Below are positions 52,547 to 63,588 of a stretch of 64,000 nucleotides of DNA, in pieces. The notes under the pieces were generated by a model. The model saw only the letters and a list, made by a program, of their open reading frames with translations, ran no database searches and was not told where the DNA came from. How positions within the stretch are numbered: position 1 is the first letter of the stretch; every line of letters begins with the position of its first letter. The translations under genes and the position numbers were made by a program. Origin of the DNA: Oculatellaceae cyanobacterium bins.114 (GTDB lineage: Bacteria > Cyanobacteriota > Cyanobacteriia > Elainellales > Elainellaceae); contig JANRJA010000170.1 of the NCBI GenBank assembly GCA_033764315.1, positions 1 to 64,000 of the forward strand, written 5' to 3'.

Positions 52547-52957
52547 ATGATCCGAATCGTTTTAGCGGTAATTCTTATGACCGTGTTGACGGCCTGTAGT
52601 TTTGGTAGTCCGACTCAAACTGTGGTTGAACAGGCGATCGCCCTGCAACTCAACCAAACTCAGCAAGAGTTAGGGCAATTACTCTATGCCGATGCGCCTG
52701 AGACACCCGCCACTACGATCAACCACATTAAAGTCGTTCGCCGCGATCCCCTGATGATTCAAGGTTTAAATGCCTATCATCTACAGGGCACTTATGACTT
52801 GACTCTCAATTTTTCAGATCACCACATTACTCAACGACAAAATCCCTTTGAGATTTATCTCCAGCAAATCGGTGACAAGATGTGGAGCCTAGCCCGACCT
52901 AAACGCAATAGTGAAACTGAAGACTGGGCAATCACAGCGATCGATCCCCAAACCTAA
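52547..52957 (+). CDS. Putative lipoprotein
   Basis: LTAC lipobox. Confidence 0.7.
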   Translation: MIRIVLAVILMTVLTACSFGSPTQTVVEQAIALQLNQTQQELGQLLYADAPETPATTINHIKVVRRDPLMIQGLNAYHLQGTYDLTLNFSDHHITQRQNPFEIYLQQIGDKMWSLARPKRNSETEDWAITAIDPQT

Positions 52958-53424
52958 CTCAATTTCGCCATACACTCTAACAGCAACCGCTGATTCTCAA
53001 TCGCGTAGGGTTGAATCTCCAGTGCCCTCCGAAAGGCTTGAATGGCAGCGGTATACTCTCCCAATGCTAAATAACACAACCCCTGCCCATGAATTGCCCC
53101 AAAGTGAATTGGGTTCAAATCAAGCACTTGTTCACAATCCGCCAAAGATTGCCGATACCGCTTTTGTAGATAATAAAGGACAGCACGACGATTCCAGGCT
53201 TCTGCAAAATCAGGTTGATCTTGAATCACCTCTGTTAATAATTCCTCAGCCTGATTGACTGCCCCTGATTCTAAGAGGGTTTGACTACGACCCAACAACG
53301 CCAATCCATAAGCTCCTTTTTGCTGAAACCAAAGTTGCCAGAGGTCGTGGGTTGCTTGCTGCCGCACAGTCTCATCAGGGTTTTTCAAATTTTCTAACAG
53401 CGATTCAATTGAAGTCTCATCCAT
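52954..53424 (-). CDS. TPR protein
   Basis: PDFAEAWNRRA, HFGA..G.G. Confidence 0.85.
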   Translation of the reverse strand: MDETSIESLLENLKNPDETVRQQATHDLWQLWFQQKGAYGLALLGRSQTLLESGAVNQAEELLTEVIQDQPDFAEAWNRRAVLYYLQKRYRQSLADCEQVLDLNPIHFGAIHGQGLCYLALGEYTAAIQAFRRALEIQPYAIENQRLLLECMAKLS

Positions 53425-53573
53425 ACAGTGCTAAGAAACTGAGAACTTGAGCGTTCTATAAAGAGCATTTCTATTCTGTATTCTGTCATGAGATTCGGCT
53501 GTTGATTGGGATCAAAGGAATTTTTGCTGATCCCCGACGTTTGAGGGTAATTAAGCCTACTGATTTCTAGGAA

Positions 53574-53873
53574 TTAAATGTAGGCTCCGATGTCTTCGCC
53601 GCACACATCTGCTAGGTAACACAGTGCACGGAATCGCAACCCAACCAACTGATCGTAGAGGGGGTTGAATTTGCAAAGAGGGGGAATGTGGGCGATCGTG
53701 CGACCCAAAATTTTGACATCACGCTCAAAAGGACATTGAGCCGGAATTAATGTAGCGATACGGTGAGCAATTTTAGAATCTTGAACTTCAAACTGGTCTA
53801 ACCATTGACGAACAGGGTTGAGAATATCTGCGGAAGACCTGTTGTTTGATGGGCGTAATGACGAGTCGTTCAT
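53574..53873 (-). CDS. Mo-dependent nitrogenase C-terminal-domain protein (cyanobacterial family; not evidence of nitrogenase)
   Basis: IPAQCPFERD, IPPLCKFNPLYDQLVGLRFRALCYL. Confidence 0.85.
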   Translation of the reverse strand: MNDSSLRPSNNRSSADILNPVRQWLDQFEVQDSKIAHRIATLIPAQCPFERDVKILGRTIAHIPPLCKFNPLYDQLVGLRFRALCYLADVCGEDIGAYI

Positions 53874-54772
53874 AGTCTCAGAACAGGGCAATCTAGCGAT
53901 CGCCGTTAGGTTGATGTTTTCAGGATACAAACGAAATTAAGGGTTTTATTAAAGGAATGAAGAAAAGCATTAAAGGTTCCCTAAAGTTGGGATGAATTAT
54001 TACTTGTAACGCTCTTAAATGTCACTCAAGACAGCTCTGGAATAGGTAGAGCCTGGTTGAATTCAGAATTTTTATCACTATTTATTAGCGTGATGATCAA
54101 GATGATATCGCGAACTTAAAACGCTGGCATCATCCCCTTAGCATCATCCACTTGGGTGAATCGTGAATACAAATTTAAGCCAGCTTTATGACTGTCCTAA
54201 GTAGTTTTTAAAGTCACGCAGTTCTTTCTATGACAATACCAAGTGAAAACAAATTTATTTCGTATCCCTCACTACAATCCTAACTACCAAATCTACAAAT
54301 GGGGTCGCAAAAATGATGAGTTTACACACACTTCATCATCTCAAAAGTCTCCCTACCAACGTGATAGAAAGTACTAGAAAAAAGTAGCATAAAACACACA
54401 TTTAGTTGTTCTAAATAGTTCGCAAAAGTTCTATATCTTTTGATTGCAAATCTTTATATGTTGCTTTTAGGCAGCCTAGAACCACCGAGATCCGACTCCA
54501 AGTTTGCCCATAACTCGCGATCGCTTCTGTGTCGATGAGGGCGATCGCTTGAATTGCTGATGCAGGTGTACAAACAACACGCTGCAAAACAACAGCAGCG
54601 CAATCCAGGCAATGCAGAAATAGGGATAGCTACTTTTCCACAAATATTGAAACGCTTTGATGCTTCTGTCCACTGGATAAAGCAACCGAGACGGATGAAT
54701 AGTCTGAAAAGGGTTAGCTCGTGTAGCGATGGTCATTGATGCAAATTTTTATAGAGGAGTGGTGGCAAATAC

Positions 54773-54798
54773 TACGGTAAACCTATCAAGTTACTGTA
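54773..54798. promoter_or_regulatory. Inverted repeat TACGGTAA-N10-TTACTGTA upstream of the Rrf2 gene
   Basis: 7 of 8 positions symmetric; ~80 bp upstream of the start codon. Confidence 0.45.
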
Positions 54799-54876
54799 TA
54801 TTTGTAGCAGAAGTATGACATAGTCTTCTTCTGAAGGCAAGCGAAACAAGTACTTTTCCGATGCAATACAACTCTT

Positions 54877-55308
54877 ATGGAACTTTCTGCCAAAGTTGAA
54901 TATGCCCTGATCGCTCTATTGGAGCTAGCCAGCCAACCCAGCCAAAATGGGCCAATGCAAATCAAACAAATTGCTGAACGACAAAAGATTCCAGATCGCT
55001 ATTTGGAACAGGTGTTTGCTATTTTGCGTCAAGCTGGAATTGTCTATAGTCAGCGAGGCAACAAAGGGGGATACATGCTCGCTCGTGAACCCTGGCAAAT
55101 TACTCTATTAGAAATTTTTAGCTGCTTAGAAGAATTAAAGGGTTCAAAACGACTTCAAGCCAATGCCCCTTCAGATTCTCTTTTAGTTCAAGATGTTTGG
55201 AAGGAAGCTCAACAAACGGCAAGAGAGGTATTGCAGCGATATACCTTGAGGGATTTGTGTCAGCAACGAGAAGCTCGACAACGGTTGGGTGGCATGTATT
55301 ACATTTAA
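54877..55308 (+). CDS. Rrf2-family regulator (CymR-like, no Fe-S Cys triad)
   Basis: IPDRYLEQV, SQRGNKGGY, C-terminal MYYI. Confidence 0.9.
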   Translation: MELSAKVEYALIALLELASQPSQNGPMQIKQIAERQKIPDRYLEQVFAILRQAGIVYSQRGNKGGYMLAREPWQITLLEIFSCLEELKGSKRLQANAPSDSLLVQDVWKEAQQTAREVLQRYTLRDLCQQREARQRLGGMYYI

Positions 55309-55329
55309 GGCTGCTGGGTATACACGTCT

Positions 55330-55660
55330 TTGTTGAACAAGGATGTACCCCTAATTTTTGCCCTAAAACACTAGGCTCTCAAGGGAATGGATTTTCCTTG
55401 ATAGAGTGTAGTTGCTCCCCGCTTGCCGTTTATGGGGCGTGAAGATTCCCATACCTTTGCTGATCTTTTAGCAAGTTTCGGATTTGATCAGACTTCATTA
55501 TTACAAAGCCATTTATGATACTGGCAAGATATTCTTAAAGCCGTCAATCTTGATTTGGTCATTACGGATCACGCACCGGGGTTAATCTTAGCTGCACATG
55601 GATTGCTACTAACCATTGTGGTTGGCAGCCATTTTGCAGTGCTCTCTTCGATTGAGATAG
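55330..55660 (+). pseudogene. Degraded GT-B glycosyltransferase fragment
   Basis: Frame from 55441 reads EDSHTFADLLASFGF...HL*YWQDILKAVNLDLVITDHAPGLILAAHG...VVGSHF, with an internal stop. Confidence 0.5.
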
Positions 55661-56113
55661 AGCAACAAAGCAATCAACCTTTCAAAATTTTTGTCAGTCA
55701 AGCAGATTTAATCTACAGTTCATTTCATTCAGCAATTTGGGGACTGTGAATTCAATACCCTCTTCCATCATCCCTACAACACTCCTATTTGAACTGTGAA
55801 CAGACAAAGGGTGTATGAATGTTAAAAAATTAATTTGGTAAAAGAAGTGCAGGCATCTTACCCACGGACAAGACATTCAAACTACAGAATTGTCAAATTA
55901 CCTGAACTTCCTTAAGCCTCTGGTTCCTGACTGCCGTTTAGACTTAGTTTTACCGAGAGCTAGAAATCTTCAGTGCAAAGTAATGATCAAGCTTGAGATA
56001 GGCTCTAAGCTAGGAGAACTAGTACTAGTGCATTTCTTTCCCCTAGCTGTCTACAGTGTTTTAGTCAACTTCTGTAGTGCTTACATACCGAATTCTTTGC
56101 CCTGATTCAGTCT

Positions 56114-57739
56114 ATGAAGCGATTTACACTTCTTTTTCAACAAATTGATGAAACCACCTCTACTAATGAGAAAGTCAGTGCATTACAGCACTATTTTCAG
56201 GAGGAAGAACCTGCTAATGCTGTATGGGCACTTTATCTATTGTTGGGCAAGACACGTAAACGATTAATTACCTCTAACACTCTACGAAAGATTTTTTTGC
56301 AGATTTCAGACATTCCAGAGTGGTTATTTGAAGATTGTTATGCCCATGTTGGAGATACAGCTGAAGTTATTTCGTTGTTACTCACAGACACAGCTTTGAC
56401 TGTCAAAACTGGTTCTGACATTCCACTAAGGGAGTGGATGGAAAAAATTATTCCAGTTGTCAAACAGATTGAGTCAGAGGATGAATTGACACAATTAGTT
56501 GTCTCCTGGTGGTCTTCTCTAACCGCATTTGAGGTGTTTATTCTCAATAAACTTCTCACTGGGGCATTTCGTGTCGGTGTCTCAGGAAAGTTGGTGATTA
56601 AAGGACTTTCAGCCGCATTCAATATTTCCGAACCCGACTTAACCCACCGTTTAATGGGTGACTTTGAACCCACAGTTGAGTTCTATCAGCAACTGATTCA
56701 AGATGAGCATATTACTCACTCACCCAGTAGACCCTATCCCTTTTTTCTAGCTTCTCAATTAGAAGAAGATCGATTTCAAACGGAAGATTTTGTGGCTTGG
56801 CGAGCCGAGTGGAAATGGGATGGCATTCGGGCGCAAATGATTCGTCGCGCCAATCAATTGTTTATCTGGTCACGCGGTGAGGATCTCATTACTCATCAAT
56901 TTCCAGAGTTTGAACACGCTTTTGCTGACATTCCCAATGGCTATGTGCTAGATGGTGAGATTTTGGGGTGGGAGGATAATCACCCCATGAACTTTAATGC
57001 GTTGCAAAAACGATTGGGACGTAAGCGTGTGACCCCTAAGATGATTGAGCAAAACCCCACTCGGTTTATTGCCTATGATTTACTGGAGCATGACGGGCAA
57101 GACATTCGAGACAAACCCCTGAGCGATCGCCGCGCACTACTCTTAGAGTTGCTTCAAGTTTATACCTCTCCCTTAATCGGCACATCAGATTGGCTCAATT
57201 TTGCCTCGTGGGAGGAGTTGACTCAGTTAAGGGAAGCCTCCCGTGAACAGGGTGCTGAGGGATTGGTGATCAAAGCGGTGGATAGTCCCTATTTAGTCGG
57301 TCGTAAACGGGGCTATTGGTGGAAATACAAAGTTGATCCGATGTCGTTGGATGCAGTGCTGATTTACGCCCAAGCCGGAACTGGTAAACGAGCTAATCTT
57401 TTTACAGATTATACGTTTGCTCTGTGGAATGGTGAGGCATTAGTTACTTTTGCCAAAGCTTATTCAGGATTGGACAACACAGAAATTGAAGAACTGGATA
57501 AGTGGATTCGTAAACACACGGTTGAGAAATTTGGCCCGGTGCGATCGGTGGAGCCTATCCAGGTGTTTGAAATTGCGTTTGAGGGCATTGCCGAATCCAA
57601 GCGTCATAAATCAGGCATTTCGGTGCGGTTTCCTCGGATCTTGCGGTGGCGTAAAGACAAACCTGCCGCAGAAGCAGACACCCTTGAAACCGCACAAACT
57701 TTATTGCGCGGTCATTCCTCCATCAGCAGAGATGATTGA
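56114..57739 (+). CDS. ATP-dependent DNA ligase (ligase-associated repair cluster type)
   Basis: EWKWDGIRAQ, LDGE, EGLVIK, WWKYK, RFPRI. Confidence 0.93.
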   Translation: MKRFTLLFQQIDETTSTNEKVSALQHYFQEEEPANAVWALYLLLGKTRKRLITSNTLRKIFLQISDIPEWLFEDCYAHVGDTAEVISLLLTDTALTVKTGSDIPLREWMEKIIPVVKQIESEDELTQLVVSWWSSLTAFEVFILNKLLTGAFRVGVSGKLVIKGLSAAFNISEPDLTHRLMGDFEPTVEFYQQLIQDEHITHSPSRPYPFFLASQLEEDRFQTEDFVAWRAEWKWDGIRAQMIRRANQLFIWSRGEDLITHQFPEFEHAFADIPNGYVLDGEILGWEDNHPMNFNALQKRLGRKRVTPKMIEQNPTRFIAYDLLEHDGQDIRDKPLSDRRALLLELLQVYTSPLIGTSDWLNFASWEELTQLREASREQGAEGLVIKAVDSPYLVGRKRGYWWKYKVDPMSLDAVLIYAQAGTGKRANLFTDYTFALWNGEALVTFAKAYSGLDNTEIEELDKWIRKHTVEKFGPVRSVEPIQVFEIAFEGIAESKRHKSGISVRFPRILRWRKDKPAAEADTLETAQTLLRGHSSISRDD

Positions 57740-58501
57740 ACCTGTGATAAAGGAGGCTTCATCAGAAGCTAGAAACAAGGCAAGATGAGCAATTTCTCGC
57801 GGCTCACCGGGACGACCAATGGGTTGAAACGAATCGATCGAGGCATAGATTTTGTCTAACCCACCCATCATGTCGGCATGGGCATAGTTAATAGGAGTAT
57901 CGACCCAGCCCGGACAAATTGCGTTACAGCGGATCCCCTGTTTGGCATAGTCGAGAGCAATGCCGCGAGTGAGCATAACGACACCTCCTTTAGATGCTGA
58001 ATACACGGCTAAAAACGGCTCAGATACCAATCCATTAACGCTAGAGATATTGACGATCGCCCCTTTTCCAATTCGCAACATATAGGGAATTGCTGCACGG
58101 CACCCATACATCGTGCCTTTGAGGTTGACATTCAGGGTTTTATCAATCACCGCATCAGAGACTTCATGAAACACTCCTGGAATGTTGACTCCAGCATTGT
58201 TGACCAATACATCAATTTGTCCATAATGCTCGACGCAAAATGCCACAAATGCATTGACCTGCAAAGGGTCACTGACATCGGCGGCAAATGCCTCAGCCAC
58301 ACCTCCGCTCTTTTGAATGGTTTCCGCTGTGGCGATCGCCGTGTCCTGGTTTAGATCAACACAGATGACTTTGCCCCCTTCTTCTGCCAATCGTTCAGCG
58401 ATCGCCCGCCCAATGCCTGACCCTGCCCCTGTCACTACACAAGCTTTCCCCTCGACTCGTCCCATCGCTGTCGCTATCCTTGATTTAATCGCACTGCTCA
58501 A
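57701..58501 (-). CDS. SDR family oxidoreductase
   Basis: TGAGSGIG, NNAG, YSASK. Confidence 0.92.
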   Translation of the reverse strand: MSSAIKSRIATAMGRVEGKACVVTGAGSGIGRAIAERLAEEGGKVICVDLNQDTAIATAETIQKSGGVAEAFAADVSDPLQVNAFVAFCVEHYGQIDVLVNNAGVNIPGVFHEVSDAVIDKTLNVNLKGTMYGCRAAIPYMLRIGKGAIVNISSVNGLVSEPFLAVYSASKGGVVMLTRGIALDYAKQGIRCNAICPGWVDTPINYAHADMMGGLDKIYASIDSFQPIGRPGEPREIAHLALFLASDEASFITGSIISADGGMTAQ

Positions 58502-58852
58502 TGTCTACTGTAGTCGTTGGGCTATGCTTAAGCTAGATCAACTGGAGTAGAATCGGGATGACTGAAGCCCGACTCAAAATGCATTAGCTCAAACTAAACT
58601 GGCTCCAGCAGGATTGCCCCCTCCATTTCTTGACCACACACAGCTACGCATACAGCTACACACACAGTTACCAGAGTCAGGGGGATGAAGACATTCGGCG
58701 ATCGCCCCAAAGCAATGCGCTGAAACCGCAGAAGAAAAAGTAAGCAGATTAGCAGCGGTTGGAAGAATTGGGGGTTGACCCGATTTGGTGTAAGTTTTTT
58801 GTGGCCTGTAGAATCAGTATTAGGGGGTTGTGCCGCTCTTTGAGGTTTCTGT

Positions 58853-61312
58853 GTGCCACGTCATCGCAAAAAAGAGCCTGTTCTAAACGCTGATCTGAGC
58901 TGTTTGCAGCCGATTCTGGCTTGGTTTGAGACTCAGGGGTGGCAACCGTTGCCATTCCAACTGGAGGCGTGGCAAGCCGTTCTAGCGGGTGAGAGCGGCA
59001 TGATTCAGGTGCCTACAGGGTCGGGCAAAACCTATGCTGCTGTGATGGGGGCGATCGCCGCTATGCTCGATACCCCTAAGACTGGATTGCAACTCCTCTA
59101 CATCACACCGTTGCGGGCACTATCTCGTGATATTGAGCAAGCCATTCTGCGTCCCATTCAAGAGATGGGTTGGAAGCTACGAGTTGAGTCTCGTACCGGA
59201 GATACCACCTCTTCGCGCAAAACTCGACAACTCAAAAACATGCCCGATATTCTGATCACGACCCCTGAGTCGCTTTCAGTGATGTTGTCTTACGAAGGCA
59301 GTCGGGAGCGGTTCCAATCACTGCGAGTGGTGATTTTGGATGAATGGCATGAGTTGCTTAGCTCTAAACGGGGAACTCAAACCGAATTGTGTCTGTCCCA
59401 GTTGCGATCGCTTCAACCTAACCTGCAAACCTGGGCAATTTCGGCAACGTTGGGCAATCCCGTTGAGGCAGCACAGGTTGCCGTGGGGTTGGGAGTAACA
59501 CCCACCATTATTCAGGCTAATTTGCAGCGTCAGACTGTTATTAAGAGCGTCTTACCAGAGTCGGTAGATAGCTTTCCGTGGGCAGGGCACTTGGGTCTAA
59601 GGATGCTTGATGAACTGGTGGAAGCGTTGGATATTGAAGTCTCTACGTTGATTTTTACCAACACGCGATCGCAATCTGAACGGTGGTATCAAGCACTTCT
59701 GTTTGCAGTTCCAGAGTATGGCGATCGCATTGCCTTACATCATGGATCAATTGATGTCAAAGAACGTGAGGCGATCGAGGCTGGGGTCAAAGCGGGAGTC
59801 ATCAAGTGGGTCGTTTGCACCTCATCTCTAGATTTGGGAGTGGACTTTCAGCCTGTTGAGCGGGTAGTACAAATTGGCAGTGCCAAAAATTTAGCACGTT
59901 TATTGCAGCGGGCAGGGCGATCGGCACATGTTCCCCAAGGAACCTCTGAGATTTTGTTTTTGCCGACCAATGCCCTAGAGTTGCTAGAAATTTCAGCCAT
60001 ACGACATGGGTTAGAAGCCGGAGAGATTGAAGTTCGACGTGCCCTTAATAAACCTTACGATGTACTAATTCAGCATTTAGTCACGTTATCGTGTGGCGAT
60101 GGATTCAAAGCAGAAGATATTTTACAAACTATTCAAAAAACAGTCTCTTACCGTGAGATTACAGAGCAAGAATTAAAGTGGATTTTAGAATTTATCACGA
60201 CTGGGGGAAAGTGTTTAAATGCTTATCCTCGCTACAAAAAAGTGATTTTAGAGAATGATATCTATAAAGCTGCCGATGCCCAAATCATCAAAATGCATCG
60301 AATGGGAGTGGGTACGATCGCCTCCAATCAAGCGGTTCGGATTGTCTACACCAATCGCAAAGAGATCGGTACTGTCGAAGAAAACTTTGTCTCAAAGCTC
60401 AAAAAAGGAGATGTCTTCTTCTTTGCTGGAAAACAACTAGAATTCTTCATGATGAAGGACATGGTAGTTTACGTCAAAGGAAGCACTAAGAAATCTACTG
60501 TCACACCCATTTGGTATGGGGGCAACTTAACTATCTCTGACACGCTTAGTCATCAACTAAGACAAGAGATTACCGCCGTTAAACAGCACACTAAATTGAA
60601 CACAGAACTGGAGTGCATTCAACCTATTCTTTCGGCTCAAGCGCGGATCTCCCAGCTTCCGGCTCAAGATGAATTGTTGATTGAGTGCTGCAAGACCCGC
60701 GAAGGGCAACATCTCTATATCTTTCCATTTGAAGGACGCTTTGTACATGAAGGGTTGGGGCTATTGTGGGGCTATCGCTTTGCCCACCAAAAACATGCCA
60801 CGTTTACAATTTCAGTCAATGATTATGGGTTTGAAATTTTGGCACCCAAAGACTACCCCTTCAAAGATCTGTTCTCTCGCGAGTTTTTTGACCTGGAACA
60901 ACTCCAAGAAGATATGAAGGCTAGCTTGAATTTATCTGAACTGACAAGCCGCAAATTTCGGGGCATCGCTCAAGTTGCAGGACTGGTGTTTAAGGGTTAT
61001 CCATCGGCTCAAAAAACATCGAGTCAGCTTCAGGTGAGTTCCTCATTGATTTATGATGTTTTTTCAAAATACGAGCCTGATAATCTGTTATTGAAACAAG
61101 CTGAGAAAGAGGTGCTTGAGGATCAATTAGAAGTTCACCGTTTAACCAAAACCCTCAACCGCATGAGGCAATTGGCGATCGCCTGGAAAGATACCAAACG
61201 TCCATCCCCCTTTGCTTTTCCGTTGTTGGTCGAGCGGCTCAGCTCTCGCATGTCAAATGAAAGCTTGTTAGAAAGAATTGGGCGTCTCAAAGATCTCTGG
61301 GTTAACAAATAA
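58853..61312 (+). CDS. Ligase-associated Lhr-like DEXH-box helicase
   Basis: PTGSGKT, DEWH, SATLGN, HHGS, QRAGRS. Confidence 0.92.
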   Translation: MPRHRKKEPVLNADLSCLQPILAWFETQGWQPLPFQLEAWQAVLAGESGMIQVPTGSGKTYAAVMGAIAAMLDTPKTGLQLLYITPLRALSRDIEQAILRPIQEMGWKLRVESRTGDTTSSRKTRQLKNMPDILITTPESLSVMLSYEGSRERFQSLRVVILDEWHELLSSKRGTQTELCLSQLRSLQPNLQTWAISATLGNPVEAAQVAVGLGVTPTIIQANLQRQTVIKSVLPESVDSFPWAGHLGLRMLDELVEALDIEVSTLIFTNTRSQSERWYQALLFAVPEYGDRIALHHGSIDVKEREAIEAGVKAGVIKWVVCTSSLDLGVDFQPVERVVQIGSAKNLARLLQRAGRSAHVPQGTSEILFLPTNALELLEISAIRHGLEAGEIEVRRALNKPYDVLIQHLVTLSCGDGFKAEDILQTIQKTVSYREITEQELKWILEFITTGGKCLNAYPRYKKVILENDIYKAADAQIIKMHRMGVGTIASNQAVRIVYTNRKEIGTVEENFVSKLKKGDVFFFAGKQLEFFMMKDMVVYVKGSTKKSTVTPIWYGGNLTISDTLSHQLRQEITAVKQHTKLNTELECIQPILSAQARISQLPAQDELLIECCKTREGQHLYIFPFEGRFVHEGLGLLWGYRFAHQKHATFTISVNDYGFEILAPKDYPFKDLFSREFFDLEQLQEDMKASLNLSELTSRKFRGIAQVAGLVFKGYPSAQKTSSQLQVSSSLIYDVFSKYEPDNLLLKQAEKEVLEDQLEVHRLTKTLNRMRQLAIAWKDTKRPSPFAFPLLVERLSSRMSNESLLERIGRLKDLWVNK

Positions 61313-61323
61313 TCTTTTAAAGC

Positions 61324-61971
61324 ATGGAATTGAGTATCTGTAATTTTGATCTAAAGCTGTTACCTGAAAAGGCCATTTATATCAAACAGTTCAATAGTTT
61401 ATTAGTCTCTGATATCCATCTCGGCAAATCAGAAACCTTTCAACAGGCAGGTATTCCCATCCCAAATAGCATCAACGCTCAAACACTCGATCGCCTACAA
61501 AAATTATGCTCTCAACTCCAGCCCGATCATCTGTTTATCCTGGGTGATCTATTTCACTCTCGTTTTGCGTTGGTTGATGAGGTATTAGACAGTTGGCTTA
61601 ACTTTCTTAATGGTGTGAAGATAGGCGTGACACTCATTATTGGAAATCACGATCGCTATTTGACTCAACAATTAGACACCTTATCAATTCACTATTCAAT
61701 TCATAAAATTCAAATCGACGATCTGATTTTGAGCCATGAACCCTCTCCACAAACCGATTGTTTGAATATTTGTGGACATATTCATCCCTGTCTTAAGATT
61801 AAGACGAAATTGGATAGCTTGCGATTACCCTGTTTCTATTTCAACAAAACTCAAAACCTTTTGATACTGCCTTCTTTTGGAGAATTCACAGGAGGATATG
61901 AAATGGAACTAACCTCTAACTCGACTGCTTATGTCATCGCAGAAGATGCGATCGTTCCATTTCAGGGGTAA
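61324..61971 (+). CDS. pdeM: Ligase-associated metallophosphoesterase/endonuclease
   Basis: SDIHLGK, LGDLFH, GNHD, GHIHP, LPSFGEFTGG. Confidence 0.88.
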   Translation: MELSICNFDLKLLPEKAIYIKQFNSLLVSDIHLGKSETFQQAGIPIPNSINAQTLDRLQKLCSQLQPDHLFILGDLFHSRFALVDEVLDSWLNFLNGVKIGVTLIIGNHDRYLTQQLDTLSIHYSIHKIQIDDLILSHEPSPQTDCLNICGHIHPCLKIKTKLDSLRLPCFYFNKTQNLLILPSFGEFTGGYEMELTSNSTAYVIAEDAIVPFQG

Positions 61972-61985
61972 AGTTCTCCAGACCG

Positions 61986-62291
61986 CTATCTTGCTGCAAA
62001 ACCAAAGCGGCGACGAATTTCATCTGTAATCGGTTCTACCTCAGTTGGGTTTGGGCAAACAGGCATAATTCGATTTTGACACGTGTGCATTACAACGTAG
62101 GGATGTTCCCAAGTACAACAGGGATAAACCTCTAAGTTTGAGAACGGATCAATCTGGTCTTCTTTTGGTTTACAATTCGCCAAAACTAGCAACTCTCTAC
62201 CCTGTTCATTTAATTGATGAATAGCAAAGCCAGGGTAAGCCGTGTGACGGTCAAAAAAATAGATTGGTTTTGCTTTTAATGGTGTTTTCAT
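61986..62291 (-). CDS. Hypothetical protein
   Basis: 101-aa ATG ORF convergent with pdeM. Confidence 0.45.
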   Translation of the reverse strand: MKTPLKAKPIYFFDRHTAYPGFAIHQLNEQGRELLVLANCKPKEDQIDPFSNLEVYPCCTWEHPYVVMHTCQNRIMPVCPNPTEVEPITDEIRRRFGFAAR

Positions 62292-62891
62292 AACAGTTTT
62301 AACTAAAATTTTAGAATCAAGTAGTGGGTGTTATTAATTGTAAGACGCATTTCGACTCGCTCAAAACAAGCCGCTCAACCCACTCAATCTCCCTGACAGC
62401 AGGTTGAGTGGAGTCGAAACCCGAATTCTGAACTGAGTTTAATGAATTAGGGTCTCCTCCTTATGACTCATTAAAGAGTGACACAGTTAGAGATCATACT
62501 GAATTCAGCAAAGCATCTCTAAAGATTCTTTGCATTACTTAAGATGTCAGGCAGATGCTTAAGCACGTTATTTCTATAGCACTTATTCCCGATATTTTGT
62601 GAGTTCAACAAATGGACAACCCACTCACCTCACAACTGATTTATAACGGCTATACATTGAGATATTTTTAGCTTAAGGGGATGGAGTTTCTCAGTCAATC
62701 TATCTGTTAACAGATGTCTTAAGAAACAAGCTTTGGAGCTATTTTGATAACCGCTCTTAATGGTTGGCAAAACGAATGGTTAGCACGACGGGTCTCTGTT
62801 CTCGTGTCATGGGTACTCAATTAAACGCTCTACTTAAATAAACGCTTCACTTAAATGAAAGTTAAGACGCTTGCGTTTAATAGGGCTATTC

Positions 62892-63407
62892 TTAATGATT
62901 GTCAATCTTTAAGCCGACAATAACCAGATCTTTCATTTGGTTGTCTAACTCCGCGATCGCTGGCAAAAACCCCCATTGGTTAAATCCAAGTTTTTCTAGC
63001 ATTCGCAGACTGGGGGTGTTGTGACCAAAGACAAATCCTAACAGAGTCGTGACTCCAAAATCAGAACAGCGGCTGATTAGAGTTCGCACCAAATGGGCAC
63101 CGATTCCCTGCCCTTGATAGTCAGCATCCACATAGATGCTCACCTCGGCAGTGGCATGATAGGCAGGACGACCATAAAAAGAGCTGAGACTAATCCAGGC
63201 AACAATGTTGCCATTGCGCTCTAGCACCCAAATTGGGCGCGTCTTCAGGTCGTGTTGCTGAAACCAGGCAACCCGACTAGCAACTGTTACAGGTTCTGTG
63301 TCGGCAGTTGCCATGCGTCCGGGAATTGAGCCGTTGTAAATCTCAACAATTCTGGGTAAATCAGCTGCGGTTGCATCACGGATAACATCAGTTGTGGTCA
63401 TGCTCAT
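62892..63407 (-). CDS. GNAT N-acetyltransferase (phosphinothricin acetyltransferase-like)
   Basis: IYN..I, RPAY..TAEVSIYV, QGQGIG. Confidence 0.9.
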   Translation of the reverse strand: MSMTTTDVIRDATAADLPRIVEIYNGSIPGRMATADTEPVTVASRVAWFQQHDLKTRPIWVLERNGNIVAWISLSSFYGRPAYHATAEVSIYVDADYQGQGIGAHLVRTLISRCSDFGVTTLLGFVFGHNTPSLRMLEKLGFNQWGFLPAIAELDNQMKDLVIVGLKIDNH

Positions 63408-63588
63408 ATCATCACAAATGTCCCTAAGCGATCGCTCAGTTTTTGAGAAAAGGATCGGATGAGCCGTCGTCCTGCTGCATCAGATGAAGCTTCAGCTTTT
63501 ACAAAAATGGGAGTGCTGGTGAACAAAGGCTGCCTTAGGAAATGAGGGTTCAGCCAGAATTATAGAGGGTTGGATATGAAAATTTGAA

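Noticed and set aside
53574..53930. Nitrogen fixation gene
   Set aside because: The domain name is historical, and no nif genes are in the window
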